Source: Campylobacterota bacterium (GTDB taxonomy: Bacteria > Campylobacterota > Campylobacteria > Campylobacterales > Sulfurovaceae). Taken from it: a stretch of DNA of 25,103 nt. The stretch is from positions 1 through 25,103 of the forward strand of contig JAYEOM010000104.1 of NCBI GenBank assembly GCA_034722955.1, given 5' to 3'. The notes beneath the pieces were generated by a model. The model was not told where the DNA came from and searched no databases. It worked only from the letters and a program-made list of their open reading frames with translations. Of this stretch, positions 7,711 through 18,682 are shown piece by piece. Position numbers and translations under genes: made by a program. Each line of letters starts with the position of its first letter. Positions within the stretch are counted from its first letter, which is position 1.

Positions 7711-8052
7711 ATGATGAGTAAAGCATTATTAAAATTCGTAAGAGTTTCACCTATAAAAGCACGATTGATAGCACAAGAAGTACAGGGTATGAACGCAGAG
7801 CTTGCATTGGCAAGTTTGGAGTTTATGCCAAATAAAGCAGCAGGTATCATCTCCAAAGTAATTGCATCGGCAGTAGCCAATGGTGATTTTGAACCTGAAG
7901 AGGTTGAGATCGTTAGCTGTAGGGTAGACAAAGCAGCAGTGATGAAACGATGGAGACCAAGAGCTCGTGGTACAGCAAGCAGAATCATCAAGCCAACTGC
8001 ACACATCTTAGTGGAAGTGGCAGAGCAACAAACTACTGAGAAGGGTGCATAA
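7711..8052 (+). CDS. rplV: 50S ribosomal protein L22
   Basis: [14 protein letters not shown] and TAHI. Confidence 0.98.
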   Translation: MMSKALLKFVRVSPIKARLIAQEVQGMNAELALASLEFMPNKAAGIISKVIASAVANGDFEPEEVEIVSCRVDKAAVMKRWRPRARGTASRIIKPTAHILVEVAEQQTTEKGA

Positions 8053-8054
8053 CT

Positions 8055-8759
8055 ATGGGTCAGAAAGTTAATCCAATAGGTCTTAGACTAGGAATCAACA
8101 GAAACTGGGAATCAAGATGGTTCCCAGCAAAAGGCAGAACAACTGCTTTTATCGCTGAAGATTATAAAATCAGAAAATACCTTAAAAAAGAGCTCTACTA
8201 TGCAGGTGTATCCAACATTATTATTGAGAGAACAGCTAAAAAGCTAAGAGTCAATATCGTTACTGCTCGTCCTGGCATCATCATCGGGAAGAAGGGTGCA
8301 GATATTGAAAAACTCAAAGCAACTCTGACTAAAATGCTCGATAAAGATATTGTTATCAATATCAAAGAGGAGAAGCGACCACAAGCGAATGCACAATTGG
8401 CTGCTGAAAATGTTGCAACTCAACTAGAGAGAAGAACAGCATTTAGAAGAGCTATGAAAAAAGTTATCCAAGGTGCATTGAAATCCGGAGCTAAAGGTAT
8501 CAAGATATCTGTAGCCGGTAGACTTGGTGGTGCTGAGATGGCGAGAACTGAGTGGTATCTTGAGGGAAGAGTTCCTCTACATACACTAAGAGCAAAAATC
8601 GACTATGGTTTTGCCGAAGCACATACTACATATGGAATCATCGGTATCAAAGTATGGATCTTCAAAGGTGAAGTACTTCAAAAAGGTATCCAAGCTGAGC
8701 CAAAAGAAGAGAAAAAAGAACGAGGTGGCAGAAAGCCATCTAGAAGAAGAGGTGAATAG
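8055..8759 (+). CDS. rpsC: 30S ribosomal protein S3
   Basis: [13 protein letters not shown] and [10 protein letters not shown]. Confidence 0.99.
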   Translation: MGQKVNPIGLRLGINRNWESRWFPAKGRTTAFIAEDYKIRKYLKKELYYAGVSNIIIERTAKKLRVNIVTARPGIIIGKKGADIEKLKATLTKMLDKDIVINIKEEKRPQANAQLAAENVATQLERRTAFRRAMKKVIQGALKSGAKGIKISVAGRLGGAEMARTEWYLEGRVPLHTLRAKIDYGFAEAHTTYGIIGIKVWIFKGEVLQKGIQAEPKEEKKERGGRKPSRRRGE

Positions 8760-8761
8760 TT

Positions 8762-9187
8762 ATGTTAATGCCTAAAAGAACAAAATGGCGAAAGCAGATG
8801 AAAGGTCGTAATAGAGGCAAGTCATTTCGTGGAAACAAGATCGAATTTGGTGAATATGCACTCAAAGCGATAGAGGCAGGAAGAATCGAATCGAGACAGA
8901 TCGAAGCGGCTAGAATTACTATGACTCGTAAGATTAACAGAATGGGTAAAACATGGATTCGTGTCTTCCCAGATAAGCCTTTGACTGCTAAACCCCTCGA
9001 GACAAGAATGGGTAAAGGTAAAGGTGCTGTTGATAAGTGGGTAATGAATATCAAACCAGGCAGAGTCATCTTTGAGATGGCTGGTGTAGAAGAGGATCTT
9101 GCGAGAGAGGCTCTGACACTTGCACGACATAAGTTGCCATTTAAGACAAAAATTATTTCAATAAAGGACAGTAATGAATTATACTGA
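8762..9187 (+). CDS. rplP: 50S ribosomal protein L16
   Basis: [11 protein letters not shown] and RMGKGKG. Confidence 0.99.
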   Translation: MLMPKRTKWRKQMKGRNRGKSFRGNKIEFGEYALKAIEAGRIESRQIEAARITMTRKINRMGKTWIRVFPDKPLTAKPLETRMGKGKGAVDKWVMNIKPGRVIFEMAGVEEDLAREALTLARHKLPFKTKIISIKDSNELY

Positions 9188-9365
9188 TATTGCAAATAAA
9201 ACAGAGGCAGAACTCCTTGAGACACTCAAAGAGAAGAAGCTTGAGCTTTTTACACTAAAAGCAAAACAGAAAACAATGCAGCTTACCAACACAACAGAGT
9301 TGAGAATTGCCAAAAAAGATATCGCAAGAATCCAGACAGCACTAACCGCTGCCAGATCGAAGTAA
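9174..9365 (+). CDS. rpmC: 50S ribosomal protein L29
   Basis: KKDIARIQT; operon order. Confidence 0.97.
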   Translation: MNYTDIANKTEAELLETLKEKKLELFTLKAKQKTMQLTNTTELRIAKKDIARIQTALTAARSK

Positions 9366-9375
9366 AGGATCAACT

Positions 9376-9624
9376 ATGCCAAAAAGAGAGATAACAGGAA
9401 CAGTGATAAAAAAAGCTGGCGATAAGACAGCTACTGTTATGGTTGAAAGACGCGTTCTTCATCCTAGATATCACAAAACTGTCAAAAGATTTAAAAAATA
9501 TCTAATCCATGATGAAAAAAATGAGACAACACTTGGAGATACTGTTACTGCTATCGAATGTAGACCACTATCCAAGTCAAAAAACTTTAGACTGCTTGAA
9601 ATCCTCAAAAGAGGAGAAGTGTAA
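9376..9624 (+). CDS. rpsQ: 30S ribosomal protein S17
   Basis: HPRYHK and ECRPLSKSK. Confidence 0.98.
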   Translation: MPKREITGTVIKKAGDKTATVMVERRVLHPRYHKTVKRFKKYLIHDEKNETTLGDTVTAIECRPLSKSKNFRLLEILKRGEV

Positions 9625-9992
9625 TGATCCAGAGTTTTACTAGATTAAATGTAGCAGATAACAGTGGTGCCAAAGAGATCATGTGTATCAAAGTTCTCGG
9701 TGGATCCAAGAGAAGATATGCATCTGTAGGTGATGTTATTGTAGCCTCTGTCAAAAAAGCACTTCCTAACGGAAAAGTCAAAAAAGGTAAAGTGATCAAA
9801 GCTGTTGTTGTCAGAACAAAAAAAGAGATCCAGAGAGAAAATGGCTCACTGATTCGTTTTGATGATAATGCAGCAGTTATTATAGATGACAAAAAAGAGC
9901 CTATAGGTACGCGTATTTTTGGACCCGTTAGCCGTGAAGCTAGATATGCAGGTTTTATGAAGATCGTATCACTAGCACCGGAGGTATGGTAA
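9624..9992 (+). CDS. rplN: 50S ribosomal protein L14
   Basis: [15 protein letters not shown] and GTRIFGPV. Confidence 0.99.
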   Translation: MIQSFTRLNVADNSGAKEIMCIKVLGGSKRRYASVGDVIVASVKKALPNGKVKKGKVIKAVVVRTKKEIQRENGSLIRFDDNAAVIIDDKKEPIGTRIFGPVSREARYAGFMKIVSLAPEVW

Positions 9993-10225
9993 TGGCAACT
10001 AAGTTTAAAATCAAAAAAGGTGATCAAGTTTTGATCATTGCTGGTAACGATAAAGGCAAGACAGCAGAAGTGCTTCAAGTTCTTTCTAAAAAAGATGCTG
10101 TGATCGTTGCAGGATGCAAACTCGCTAAAAAAGCTGTCAAGCCAAGTGAAGAGAATAAAGAGGGTGGATTTGCTCAAAAAGAGATGCCTATCCATATCTC
10201 CAATGTTAAAAAAGTAGAGGGCTAA
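9992..10225 (+). CDS. rplX: 50S ribosomal protein L24
   Basis: [16 protein letters not shown] and EMPIHISNV; start at ATG 9992, overlapping the rplN stop. Confidence 0.97.
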   Translation: MATKFKIKKGDQVLIIAGNDKGKTAEVLQVLSKKDAVIVAGCKLAKKAVKPSEENKEGGFAQKEMPIHISNVKKVEG

Positions 10226-10229
10226 ACCT

Positions 10230-10775
10230 ATGAGTAGAATGAAGCAAAAGTACAATGACATCGCTCCTGCACTCAGAGAAGAGTGCAGTATCGACAATGC
10301 GATGCAGACACCTAAGCTTGAAAAGATCATAATCAGTGTTGGTATTGGTGAAGAGGGCAAAGACAATAAGTTGACTCAAAACATGGCTGATACTATCTCT
10401 TTGATCGCTGGACAAAAAGCAGTCATCACTTTGGCAAAAAAATCTGTAGCAGGATTTAAAGCCAGAGAGGGTGCTGCAAGTGGTATCAAAGTGACACTTA
10501 GAGGTGAAAATATGTATAACTTCTTTGACAAGTTGGTCTCCATAGCACTCCCAAGAGTGAAAGACTTTAGAGGTGTTCCAAGAAAAGGTTTTGATGGAAG
10601 AGGAAGTTATAACTTTGGTCTTCAGGAGCAGATGATGTTTCCGGAAGTTGTTTATGACAATATCATCAAAACTCATGGTATGAATATCACGATCGTTACA
10701 AGCGTTCAAGATGACAAACAGGCATTTACACTTTTAGAGAAGTTGGGTATGCCATTTGCAAAAGGGAGAAAGTAA
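10230..10775 (+). CDS. rplE: 50S ribosomal protein L5
   Basis: LPRVKDFRG and FDGRGSY. Confidence 0.99.
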   Translation: MSRMKQKYNDIAPALREECSIDNAMQTPKLEKIIISVGIGEEGKDNKLTQNMADTISLIAGQKAVITLAKKSVAGFKAREGAASGIKVTLRGENMYNFFDKLVSIALPRVKDFRGVPRKGFDGRGSYNFGLQEQMMFPEVVYDNIIKTHGMNITIVTSVQDDKQAFTLLEKLGMPFAKGRK

Positions 10776-10960
10776 TGGCTAAGAAGTCAATGATCAACAA
10801 GCAGGAGAGAAAACCTAAGTTTGCTGTAAGAGCATACACTAGATGTTCTATCTGCGGAAGACCACACTCAGTATACAAAGATTTCGGTGTTTGCCGTATT
10901 TGTTTAAGAAAAATGGCCAATGAAGGCCTCATCCCCGGCATGCGAAAAGCAAGCTGGTAA
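10775..10960 (+). CDS. rpsN: 30S ribosomal protein S14, zinc-binding (type Z)
   Basis: 61 aa with CSICGR...CRIC. Confidence 0.98.
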   Translation: MAKKSMINKQERKPKFAVRAYTRCSICGRPHSVYKDFGVCRICLRKMANEGLIPGMRKASW

Positions 10961-10972
10961 AAGGAGTAAAAG

Positions 10973-11371
10973 ATGATGACAGACATAATTGCAGACTCTC
11001 TTACTCGAATAAGAAATGCTGCACAAAGAAGACTGGATGTAACCACACTTCTGCACTCAAATAATATTGAAGCAATAGTTTCTATTCTTGTAGACAAGGG
11101 TTACCTTGAGAGTTTTAAAGTAAAAGAGTTAGAGGGTAATAAAAAAACAATCAAAGTTGTTTTGAAATATGATGAAAATGGTCATAGTACCATCAATGAA
11201 ATGAAGAAGATCTCAAAGCCAGGGCGACGCGTTCACCAAGGTAAAGATGCGATCAGAACATTTAAAAATGGTTACGGAACGCTAGTTGTTTCTACAAGCC
11301 AAGGTGTACTTCCTAATGATGAAGCGTTCAAGCGTGGAATCGGTGGTGAAGTTATCTGTAGTATCTGGTAA
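10973..11371 (+). CDS. rpsH: 30S ribosomal protein S8
   Basis: [19 protein letters not shown] and GGEVI. Confidence 0.99.
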   Translation: MMTDIIADSLTRIRNAAQRRLDVTTLLHSNNIEAIVSILVDKGYLESFKVKELEGNKKTIKVVLKYDENGHSTINEMKKISKPGRRVHQGKDAIRTFKNGYGTLVVSTSQGVLPNDEAFKRGIGGEVICSIW

Positions 11372-11382
11372 GGGGGAAGTTT

Positions 11383-11919
11383 ATGTCTAGAGTAGGAAAA
11401 CGACCTGTTACAGTAGCAAAAGGTGTTGAAGTATCAGTTGATGGTACAGTTATCGTTGCTAAAAAAGATAAACTAGAGAAGAGACTTGAGACTCACGGTC
11501 GCGTTGGTATTCAAGTTGATGGTGATAGGGTGACTTTTACTAAAGTCGGTGACAGTAAAGAGAGTGCAGCTTATTGGGGAACCTATAGATCACTTTTGAA
11601 TAATATCATTATCGGTCTTGATAAAGGTTTTACTAAATCATTGGAGATCAATGGTGTTGGTTATAGAGCATCAGTCGCCGGTAAAGTATTGACTCTTCAG
11701 CTTGGCTTCTCTCACGATATTCTATTTGATATCCCAGAGGGTCTTGATATTAAAGTTGATAAAAATATTATCACTATCAATGGTTCCGACAAGCAGGTAG
11801 TAGGTCAAGCAGCAGCTGAAATCAGAGCATATAGACCACCTGAGCCATATAAAGGCAAAGGTGTGAAGTATACTGAAGAAGTGATTATCAGAAAAGCTGG
11901 TAAAGCAGCTGGTAAGTAA
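11383..11919 (+). CDS. rplF: 50S ribosomal protein L6
   Basis: MSRVGK, GVGYRA and PEPYKGKG. Confidence 0.99.
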   Translation: MSRVGKRPVTVAKGVEVSVDGTVIVAKKDKLEKRLETHGRVGIQVDGDRVTFTKVGDSKESAAYWGTYRSLLNNIIIGLDKGFTKSLEINGVGYRASVAGKVLTLQLGFSHDILFDIPEGLDIKVDKNIITINGSDKQVVGQAAAEIRAYRPPEPYKGKGVKYTEEVIIRKAGKAAGK

Positions 11920-11929
11920 GGAGCGGTAG

Positions 11930-12286
11930 ATGTTAAAAAGTATTCAAAAAAGAAAAAATAAACTGCGCGCTCAGAGAAAAGCTAGAGTTAGAAGCAAAAT
12001 TGTTGGTACAGAAGTGAAGCCAAGATTGACAGTTTACAAATCTAATAAACATTTTTATGCTCAGGTTATCGATGATCTCAATGGTCATACAGTTGCCTCA
12101 GTTGATGGAAATAAGCTTGGTCTCAGATCTAACCGTGAAGATGTTAAAAAAGTAGCAGCAGAGCTTGCTAAGGATCTCGGATCAAAAAATATCGACACTG
12201 TTCTTTTTGACAGAAATGGTTATCTTTATCATGGTGTTGTTGCTTCATTTGCAGATGCACTTAGAGAAGCCGGTATTAAGTTTTAA
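11930..12286 (+). CDS. rplR: 50S ribosomal protein L18
   Basis: FDRNGYLYHG. Confidence 0.98.
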   Translation: MLKSIQKRKNKLRAQRKARVRSKIVGTEVKPRLTVYKSNKHFYAQVIDDLNGHTVASVDGNKLGLRSNREDVKKVAAELAKDLGSKNIDTVLFDRNGYLYHGVVASFADALREAGIKF

Positions 12287-12292
12287 GGGGAC

Positions 12293-12739
12293 ATGATGGA
12301 AAATATTAATAGAGAAGATTTTGAAGAAGTTATTGTAAATATCGGTCGTGTTACAAAGGTTGTCAAGGGTGGTAGAAGATTTAGATTTACTGCACTTGTC
12401 GTTATCGGTGATAAAAATGGTACAGTAGGATATGGATTTGGTAAAGCCAAGGAGGTTCCTGATGCGATCAAAAAAGCAGTTGATGATGCCTTTAAGAACC
12501 TTGTAAAGGTCAATATTAAAGGTTCTACTATTGCTCATGATATTGAACATAAATTTAATGCTAGTCGTATTGTACTTAGACCAGCTAGTGAAGGTACAGG
12601 TGTTATCGCCGGTGGTGCTGCCAGACCTGTAATCGAGCTTGCAGGGATCAAAGATATCCTTACCAAGTCTATCGGTTCAAACAACCCAAACAATCTCGTA
12701 AGAGCGACTATCCAAGCACTTACCAGAATCAAATCGTAA
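12293..12739 (+). CDS. rpsE: 30S ribosomal protein S5
   Basis: [12 protein letters not shown] and GTGVIAGG. Confidence 0.99.
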   Translation: MMENINREDFEEVIVNIGRVTKVVKGGRRFRFTALVVIGDKNGTVGYGFGKAKEVPDAIKKAVDDAFKNLVKVNIKGSTIAHDIEHKFNASRIVLRPASEGTGVIAGGAARPVIELAGIKDILTKSIGSNNPNNLVRATIQALTRIKS

Positions 12740-12748
12740 GGAGAATGG

Positions 12749-13147
12749 ATGTCACTACATAACTTACAGCCGGCTCCCGGTTCAACAAAAAATCGCAAGA
12801 GAGTTGGTCGTGGTCAAGGTTCAGGAACAGGTAAAACTGCCGGGCGTGGTAATAAAGGTCAAAAATCCAGAACAGGCTACAAGAGAAAAAGAGGCTTTGA
12901 GGGTGGTCAAATGCCACTATACAAAAGACTTCCAAAGATAGGATTCAACTCAGATGTTGAGAAGCCCTATGCTATCAATGTTGATAGAATCAAAGCTGTA
13001 GCAGAGCTAGACGAGATCACTCTAGAGAGTATCAAGTCAGTTCATAAGCTTGGCAAAACAGTAACTAGAGTCAAGTTGATCGGTGCAAGTGCCAAAGATC
13101 TTGTATCTAAAATCAAAGACGAAGCTGTTACAACAAGCGGAAAATAG
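12749..13147 (+). CDS. rplO: 50S ribosomal protein L15
   Basis: [13 protein letters not shown] and FEGGQMPL. Confidence 0.99.
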   Translation: MSLHNLQPAPGSTKNRKRVGRGQGSGTGKTAGRGNKGQKSRTGYKRKRGFEGGQMPLYKRLPKIGFNSDVEKPYAINVDRIKAVAELDEITLESIKSVHKLGKTVTRVKLIGASAKDLVSKIKDEAVTTSGK

Positions 13148-13148
13148 T

Positions 13149-14411
13149 ATGGGAAATGCTTTAACTCAAAAGATCTTGATTACATTGGGATTTCTTTTTG
13201 CTTATAGAGTTTTAGCTTATGTCCCAACACCGGGTGTTGATCTGGTAGTTATCAAGGAGTTCTTTGATAACAATACCAGCAATGCTCTGGGATTAGCCAA
13301 TATGTTCAGCGGAAACGCTATAGAGAGACTTAGTATTATCTCGCTGGGTATTATGCCCTATATCACCGCCTCCATCGTCATGGAACTCCTCGCAGCAACA
13401 TTCCCTACACTCGGACAGATGAAAAAAGAACGAGATGGTATGCAAAAATATATGCAAATTATTCGTTACTTTACTATATTTATCACTGTTATTCAGGCTA
13501 TTGGTGTCTCTATGGGGCTTCAGAGTATGACGGGCAAAGGTGGTGAGAGTGCTATCATGATCGATCCTATGATGTTTACACTGATTGCAACATTCTCTAT
13601 GTTGGCAGGAACGATGCTCTTGATGTGGATCGGTGAACAGATAACTCAGAAGGGTATAGGTAATGGTATCTCATTGATTATCTTTGCAGGTATTGTATCG
13701 GGTATACCTTCAGCGATATCCAACACAATCAGAGCAGTCAATGCAGGTGAGATGAACTTCTTGGCAGTATTGGCTATCTTTGCTATTATGCTGGTCACAG
13801 TGTTTGTGATTATATATATTGAGCTTGGTGAGAGGAGAATACCGATCTCCTATTCGAGAAAAACGATTATGCAAAATCAGAACAAAAGAGTTATGAATTA
13901 TATCCCGGTGAAAGTGAACCTTTCAGGTGTAATTCCTCCTATTTTTGCTTCAGCAGTATTGATGTTTCCGCTCACTATGCTTCAAGCTAGTACAAACCCT
14001 ATCATGACAGCTATCGCTGATACGCTTGCTCCTGGTGGTGTAGTGTTTAATGTCGCTACATTCCTAATGGTTGTATTCTTTGCATTCTTTTATGCATCGA
14101 TTGCCTTCAATGCAAAAGATATCTCTGATAATCTTAAGAGGCAGGGTGGGTTTATCCCAGGCGTTAGACCCGGTGAGTATACCAAAGAGTTTCTCAATGA
14201 AGTGGCAAGTCGTTTGACTGTGTCGGGGTCACTCTATCTGGCGATCATCTCTACCGTACCCTTTATCTTTATCAATGGTCTAGGGGCAAGCTTCTATTTT
14301 GGCGGTACCTCTGTACTCATCGTAGTGCAAGTGGCCCTTGATACTATGCGTAAGATCGAGGCACAAAGAACGATGAATCAATATGAGACACTAGGAAATG
14401 TAGGTCTCTAA
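13149..14411 (+). CDS. secY: Preprotein translocase subunit SecY
   Basis: LGIMPYITASI, GIGNGISL and FIPGVRPG; start reassigned to ATG 13149. Confidence 0.98.
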   Translation: MGNALTQKILITLGFLFAYRVLAYVPTPGVDLVVIKEFFDNNTSNALGLANMFSGNAIERLSIISLGIMPYITASIVMELLAATFPTLGQMKKERDGMQKYMQIIRYFTIFITVIQAIGVSMGLQSMTGKGGESAIMIDPMMFTLIATFSMLAGTMLLMWIGEQITQKGIGNGISLIIFAGIVSGIPSAISNTIRAVNAGEMNFLAVLAIFAIMLVTVFVIIYIELGERRIPISYSRKTIMQNQNKRVMNYIPVKVNLSGVIPPIFASAVLMFPLTMLQASTNPIMTAIADTLAPGGVVFNVATFLMVVFFAFFYASIAFNAKDISDNLKRQGGFIPGVRPGEYTKEFLNEVASRLTVSGSLYLAIISTVPFIFINGLGASFYFGGTSVLIVVQVALDTMRKIEAQRTMNQYETLGNVGL

Positions 14412-15166
14412 TGGCGATCAAACTTCGTAAGCCTGACGAAATAGCTAAGCTCCAACGAGCTGGCGAAATCGTCGGTAAAACACTACAATATCTCCAAGAA
14501 AATATCACAACAGGTATGAGCCTCAAAGAGGTTGATAGCATGGGTGAAGCTCATGTGCGTGAACTAGGTGCAATCCCCTCCTTTAAAGGACTTTACGGTT
14601 TCCCTTCCGCAGTTTGTACCTCACTAAATGAGGTGGTTATACACGGTGTACCTACAGATTATACTCTGCAAGAGGGTGATATTCTTGGGCTTGATATTGG
14701 TACAAAACTTGATGGATACTATGGTGATGCAGCTATTACCATGGGTATAGGTGATATATCTGTAGAGGATCAATTGTTGATTGATTGTTCTAGGGATGCA
14801 CTATATGTAGCTATTGATGAGATTCGTGTTGGCATGCGTTTTAAAGAGTTGACTAAGTTTCTAGAAGAGTTTATCTTGGCTAGAGGCTTTGTGCCTTTGC
14901 GTGACTATTGCGGTCATGGTATCGGGACAAAACCGCATGATGAGCCCAATATACCCAACTACCTTGAGGGCAAACCAAATCAGGGTCCAAAGATCAAAAA
15001 TGGAATGGTTTTTTGTCTTGAGCCTATGGTTTGTCAACAGAGTGGGCAATCTATTGTGCTCGACGATAAATGGTCTGTTCTCAGTGAAGATAGATTGCGA
15101 TGCAGTCACTATGAACACCAAGTTGCAGTCGTAGATGGTAAAGCAGTCATTCTTACAAATGCATAA
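14411..15166 (+). CDS. map: Type I methionyl aminopeptidase
   Basis: NEVVIHG, GYYGD, GHGIG, EPM and HYEH metal ligands. Confidence 0.98.
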   Translation: MAIKLRKPDEIAKLQRAGEIVGKTLQYLQENITTGMSLKEVDSMGEAHVRELGAIPSFKGLYGFPSAVCTSLNEVVIHGVPTDYTLQEGDILGLDIGTKLDGYYGDAAITMGIGDISVEDQLLIDCSRDALYVAIDEIRVGMRFKELTKFLEEFILARGFVPLRDYCGHGIGTKPHDEPNIPNYLEGKPNQGPKIKNGMVFCLEPMVCQQSGQSIVLDDKWSVLSEDRLRCSHYEHQVAVVDGKAVILTNA

Positions 15167-15213
15167 TAATCCATTTTGCATGCGTATAAAAATTAGTATA
15201 ATAAAGGAAAACA

Positions 15214-15432
15214 ATGGCAAAAGATGATGTCATAGAGATCGACGGCAAAGTAGTAGAGGCACTCCCTAATGCGACATTTAGAGTAGAGCTTGACAATAAG
15301 CATATTATTCTTTGTCATATCGCTGGCAAGATGAGAATGCACTACATCAAAATACTTCCAGGCGATAAGGTAAAAGTAGAGTTGACACCTTATAGTTTAG
15401 ATAAGGGTCGTATCACATTTAGATATAAATAG
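15214..15432 (+). CDS. infA: Translation initiation factor IF-1
   Basis: [11 protein letters not shown]...[12 protein letters not shown]. Confidence 0.99.
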   Translation: MAKDDVIEIDGKVVEALPNATFRVELDNKHIILCHIAGKMRMHYIKILPGDKVKVELTPYSLDKGRITFRYK

Positions 15433-15437
15433 CACTG

Positions 15438-15461
15438 GTAGGGTGCGTTTGCTAACGCACC
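15438..15461 (+). repeat. GTAG-type REP palindrome, possibly also the infA terminator
   Basis: GTAG + GGTGCGTT-TGCT-AACGCACC (perfect 8-bp stem) followed by TTT, 5 bp after the infA stop. Confidence 0.6.
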
Positions 15462-15515
15462 TTTCTGATATTGAATCTACATATTAAGATCAAAAACTCA
15501 GAGTATTTTTGAGAG

Positions 15516-16646
15516 TCATAGATCTATAATAAACTTCCGACCCTTTAGCGGTGAGTCTAGAAAATTGTCCAGATCACTTGATTTGAAGTTCGCACCCTTG
15601 ATAAATCCACCTCTGATACCGCTTGATTGGCTCACTTTTCGTCCCATGATCTTCTGAGCTAGCTGATGAACTGCCATAGCATAGTAGTCACTGTGGTTAT
15701 ATCTAGTGATAGCGTAGAAGTTTTTTGTACCAAACCATACTTCGTCTAGTCTGGATCGTTGTAGCTTTATGATGTAGATATCACCTTTGTAGTTAGTGGC
15801 TCTTTTGGGTCTGAGGTCTTTGAAGGCATATCTGCTATATTTGTGTCTGTACCCTATATCTTTGCGTAGATATCTATGTCCTAGAAAAGAGACAGGTATA
15901 GCCACCTCTTGACCTCTCCTCCATCCACTCTGCTTGAGATAGTTTGCCACACTTCCTATAGCATCTATATGGTTGTTCATGCTGATCTTTCCATCATTGT
16001 TGAAGTCTATGGCGAGCTTTTTATAGTTGCTTGGCATAAACTGACATAGGCCTATAGCTCCGGCATATGAGCCTTTGACATTGGATGGATCGACCCCCTC
16101 TCTATCTGTCATGTTCAAGAAAGATCTAAGCTCGGACTTGAAAAAGCTATTGCGTCTATTGGGCTCAAATGCAAGGGTAGCTAGAGTGTCAAATACGGGG
16201 TATTGTCCTGTATTTGCTCCGTAGTGGCTCTCTATACCTATGATAGCTGTGATATATTCAGGTGATATACCATATTTTTGATAGGCACGGTTCAGTATCT
16301 TTCTATGCTTTAGCATATAGGCTTTTCCCTTTTGAACTTTGGAGCTCTTGAGTAGGTTGTGAGAGTATCTATCCCAAGATCCTGACGAGCGGCATTTGGT
16401 ACCTGATCTGTTGGTCTTGGATTTGTCTGGGAGCGGTTTGACATCTTTGGAGTAGAAGGAGAGAGCAGTCTGCTGATATTTGACATCAGAAAAGAGTTGT
16501 TCTAGCGATACTCTATCTAGTTTGTCTGTTTTTACCAGATCATCTATGAAGAGTTGTACATCCTGTTTGAGGAGATAATTGGTCGCTTCAGCTGTAGTTG
16601 TGAAGAGCAGTATTAGTATAAAGAGCAGTTCTATTTTTTGTTTCAT
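15516..16646 (-). CDS. mltB: Lytic murein transglycosylase B (SLT_2 family)
   Basis: Signal peptide, AIIGIESHYG (catalytic Glu), GSYAGAIGLCQFMPS, DFNNDG and TRYNHSDYYAMAV. Confidence 0.9.
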   Translation of the reverse strand: MKQKIELLFILILLFTTTAEATNYLLKQDVQLFIDDLVKTDKLDRVSLEQLFSDVKYQQTALSFYSKDVKPLPDKSKTNRSGTKCRSSGSWDRYSHNLLKSSKVQKGKAYMLKHRKILNRAYQKYGISPEYITAIIGIESHYGANTGQYPVFDTLATLAFEPNRRNSFFKSELRSFLNMTDREGVDPSNVKGSYAGAIGLCQFMPSNYKKLAIDFNNDGKISMNNHIDAIGSVANYLKQSGWRRGQEVAIPVSFLGHRYLRKDIGYRHKYSRYAFKDLRPKRATNYKGDIYIIKLQRSRLDEVWFGTKNFYAITRYNHSDYYAMAVHQLAQKIMGRKVSQSSGIRGGFIKGANFKSSDLDNFLDSPLKGRKFIIDL

Positions 16647-16693
16647 TCTATGACTCCTAGTGCAAACTTGAAAGTTATTTTAGCTAAAAACTA

Positions 16694-17446
16694 TCAAATA
16701 ATCAAATCTGAAATCTCATAGACGATCTCTCTATGCACGCCTCTATTGAGTATCTCCCTCACCATAAGAGTATCGATCTCCATACTCATAAACTCTTCTA
16801 TATCTTGGATATTGTTTTGAGCTAGGGTGCGAAGAACAACTCCTCGATAAGCTTTTGCCCAATGACTGACCACCTTGCCATTTTTAATAAATTTCAGTGT
16901 TGTATATGGTGTAGAGGGTTTATAAAATTTATTATAAAATCCTGCACGCAAGTCTAAAAGAGGTCTATCTCGAAGCAGTTCATCTAAGGAGGATGAGAAA
17001 TATCTCCTATAGAACTCTTCAGGAGCAAAACCATCTATCTTCTCCCCCTGCTTTAGCTTGTAGTCTGGCAAGCCGGTATCTCCTGCCAACAGAGGACCAA
17101 AAAGATTTGAAAAGATGATAGTATTTTTATCGATATACTCTTGGGAATTTTTATCTAGTGATGGATAGTCCAAATAGTCATATGCAACACCATCATATCT
17201 GTCTATAGCCTTCATCGTATCTCTTTGAAATATATCATCAGAGTAGTACTCTACAATATTTTGTTTTTTAGTTCCTACTGTTTTCATCTTCTCTTCATGG
17301 GATGCTTGGCTCATATAGTCATTATATTGTGTAATAGTTTCCAATCTCTTTTCAAACAACTCCGGAAAGAGAAAACTATCTTTATCAAATACAGCACTGT
17401 TGCCACCTCTATGTTTTGCTTCACTAGGGGAGAAGAGTATTTTCAT
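16694..17446 (-). CDS. yaaA: YaaA/DUF328 family peroxide-stress protein
   Basis: MKILFSPSEAK, AIDRYDGVAY and SHWAKAYRG; start reassigned to ATG 17446. Confidence 0.85.
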   Translation of the reverse strand: MKILFSPSEAKHRGGNSAVFDKDSFLFPELFEKRLETITQYNDYMSQASHEEKMKTVGTKKQNIVEYYSDDIFQRDTMKAIDRYDGVAYDYLDYPSLDKNSQEYIDKNTIIFSNLFGPLLAGDTGLPDYKLKQGEKIDGFAPEEFYRRYFSSSLDELLRDRPLLDLRAGFYNKFYKPSTPYTTLKFIKNGKVVSHWAKAYRGVVLRTLAQNNIQDIEEFMSMEIDTLMVREILNRGVHREIVYEISDLII

Positions 17447-17494
17447 TATTGGATCCTTGTAGTTGTTTAGCAATTCTATTGCATAAGGCTACCC

Positions 17495-17754
17495 TAATTC
17501 GGGTTTAATAATTTTTTTCAGTTTTGGTATACTTGATATATAAACCCTATAATGCACCTCTTTGTCAAGACCACTTTTCAATTAATCCCTATTCCACCTC
17601 ACTATGCTACATCAAGTAACAAATTGATATTGTCAAAAGTTGTATTATCAGCTCCTCTAAAATATACTTTTAAAAATATGGATATAAAAAGTTAACTTTA
17701 TAGTATTATATCACAAGGAAAATAGGATAATATTGCATAATTCGGGTTTAATAA
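17495..17754. repeat. 17-bp direct repeat TAATTCGGGTTTAATAA (17495-17511 and 17738-17754)
   Basis: Exact duplicate in the divergent intergenic region. TATTGCATAA precedes or overlaps both copies. Confidence 0.7.
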
Positions 17755-17836
17755 AGATATAATATATTAAAAAGTGTATAAGGGACTATTTGCCACTCCT
17801 AAACATTAAAAAAGTAGATAAAACAAGGAAGAGTAT

Positions 17837-18682
17837 TTGAAAGAGATTATTAATATATATAAGACAAATAAGACAACTATAGAGGAGTATATCTCTACGG
17901 TTTTATTGGGGTTGCCAAAAAATACTGTTGAGTCTGCTGATAGTGTTTTGAAAAAATATAGCTTTATGCAACTTATGTATGAAGTGGACAAAGAGTACAA
18001 GCAGATTAGTCCTGTAGTTTGTCGAAGAGATAGAGATACAATAGGCATTAATAGTGACAAGAGTAACTACTTTACACGATTAAAACTTAATGAAAAAGGG
18101 CTCTTCTTCTCAAATCCATATATCCATTACCGTACAGGTAAAGCTAGTATATCAGTTGTTATAGATAGTGGTGATAAATACACTATTATTGATATCAACC
18201 TTATACTACTATTAGAGCATCTACGAATGATAGAGTATAATAGTGTACATGAAAAATTTAAAAGATTAATCTATCTTGTTGGATCAACTTTTTTGACTGT
18301 AGTCTCTATTATGCTGATCGTCTTTGGTGGGTATAAGTTTACTATAATCATACTTGGCATAGGAGAGATAGATTTTTTACAAGATATATTTAAGTCTATT
18401 ATCTCTATCACTCTTGGTTTGGCGATATTTGACTTAGCTAAACAGATTTTTGAACATGAAGTACTCTTTCAGTCTTTTCATCATCCTGAAGAGAAGCAAT
18501 ACAAAGTCTTAGGTAAATTTTTAATCTCAATAGTGATTGCTCTTGCCATTGAGACATTGATGGTAGTATTTAAAATAGCTCTTGATGACTATACACATAT
18601 GTTATCTGCTTTCTATCTGATGATAGGAACAACGCTAATGTTTGTTGGATTAGGGTATTTCTATAAGACTATAACAAAATAA
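17837..18682 (+). CDS. Membrane protein with an N-terminal soluble sensor (PDC/Cache-like) region and about four C-terminal TM helices
   Basis: TTG start behind AAGGA, SNPYI Cache-like motif and a hydrophobic C-terminus with IALAIE.LMVVFK (PsiE-like). Confidence 0.6.
   Translation: MKEIINIYKTNKTTIEEYISTVLLGLPKNTVESADSVLKKYSFMQLMYEVDKEYKQISPVVCRRDRDTIGINSDKSNYFTRLKLNEKGLFFSNPYIHYRTGKASISVVIDSGDKYTIIDINLILLLEHLRMIEYNSVHEKFKRLIYLVGSTFLTVVSIMLIVFGGYKFTIIILGIGEIDFLQDIFKSIISITLGLAIFDLAKQIFEHEVLFQSFHHPEEKQYKVLGKFLISIVIALAIETLMVVFKIALDDYTHMLSAFYLMIGTTLMFVGLGYFYKTITK

Noticed and set aside
12740..14411. Absence of rpmD (L30) and adk from the spc region
   Set aside because: Normal arrangement for Campylobacterota.
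5043..15220. Many antisense and alternate-frame ORFs over ribosomal genes, e.g. 9605-10366
   Set aside because: Shadows of conserved genes with no recognisable motifs.
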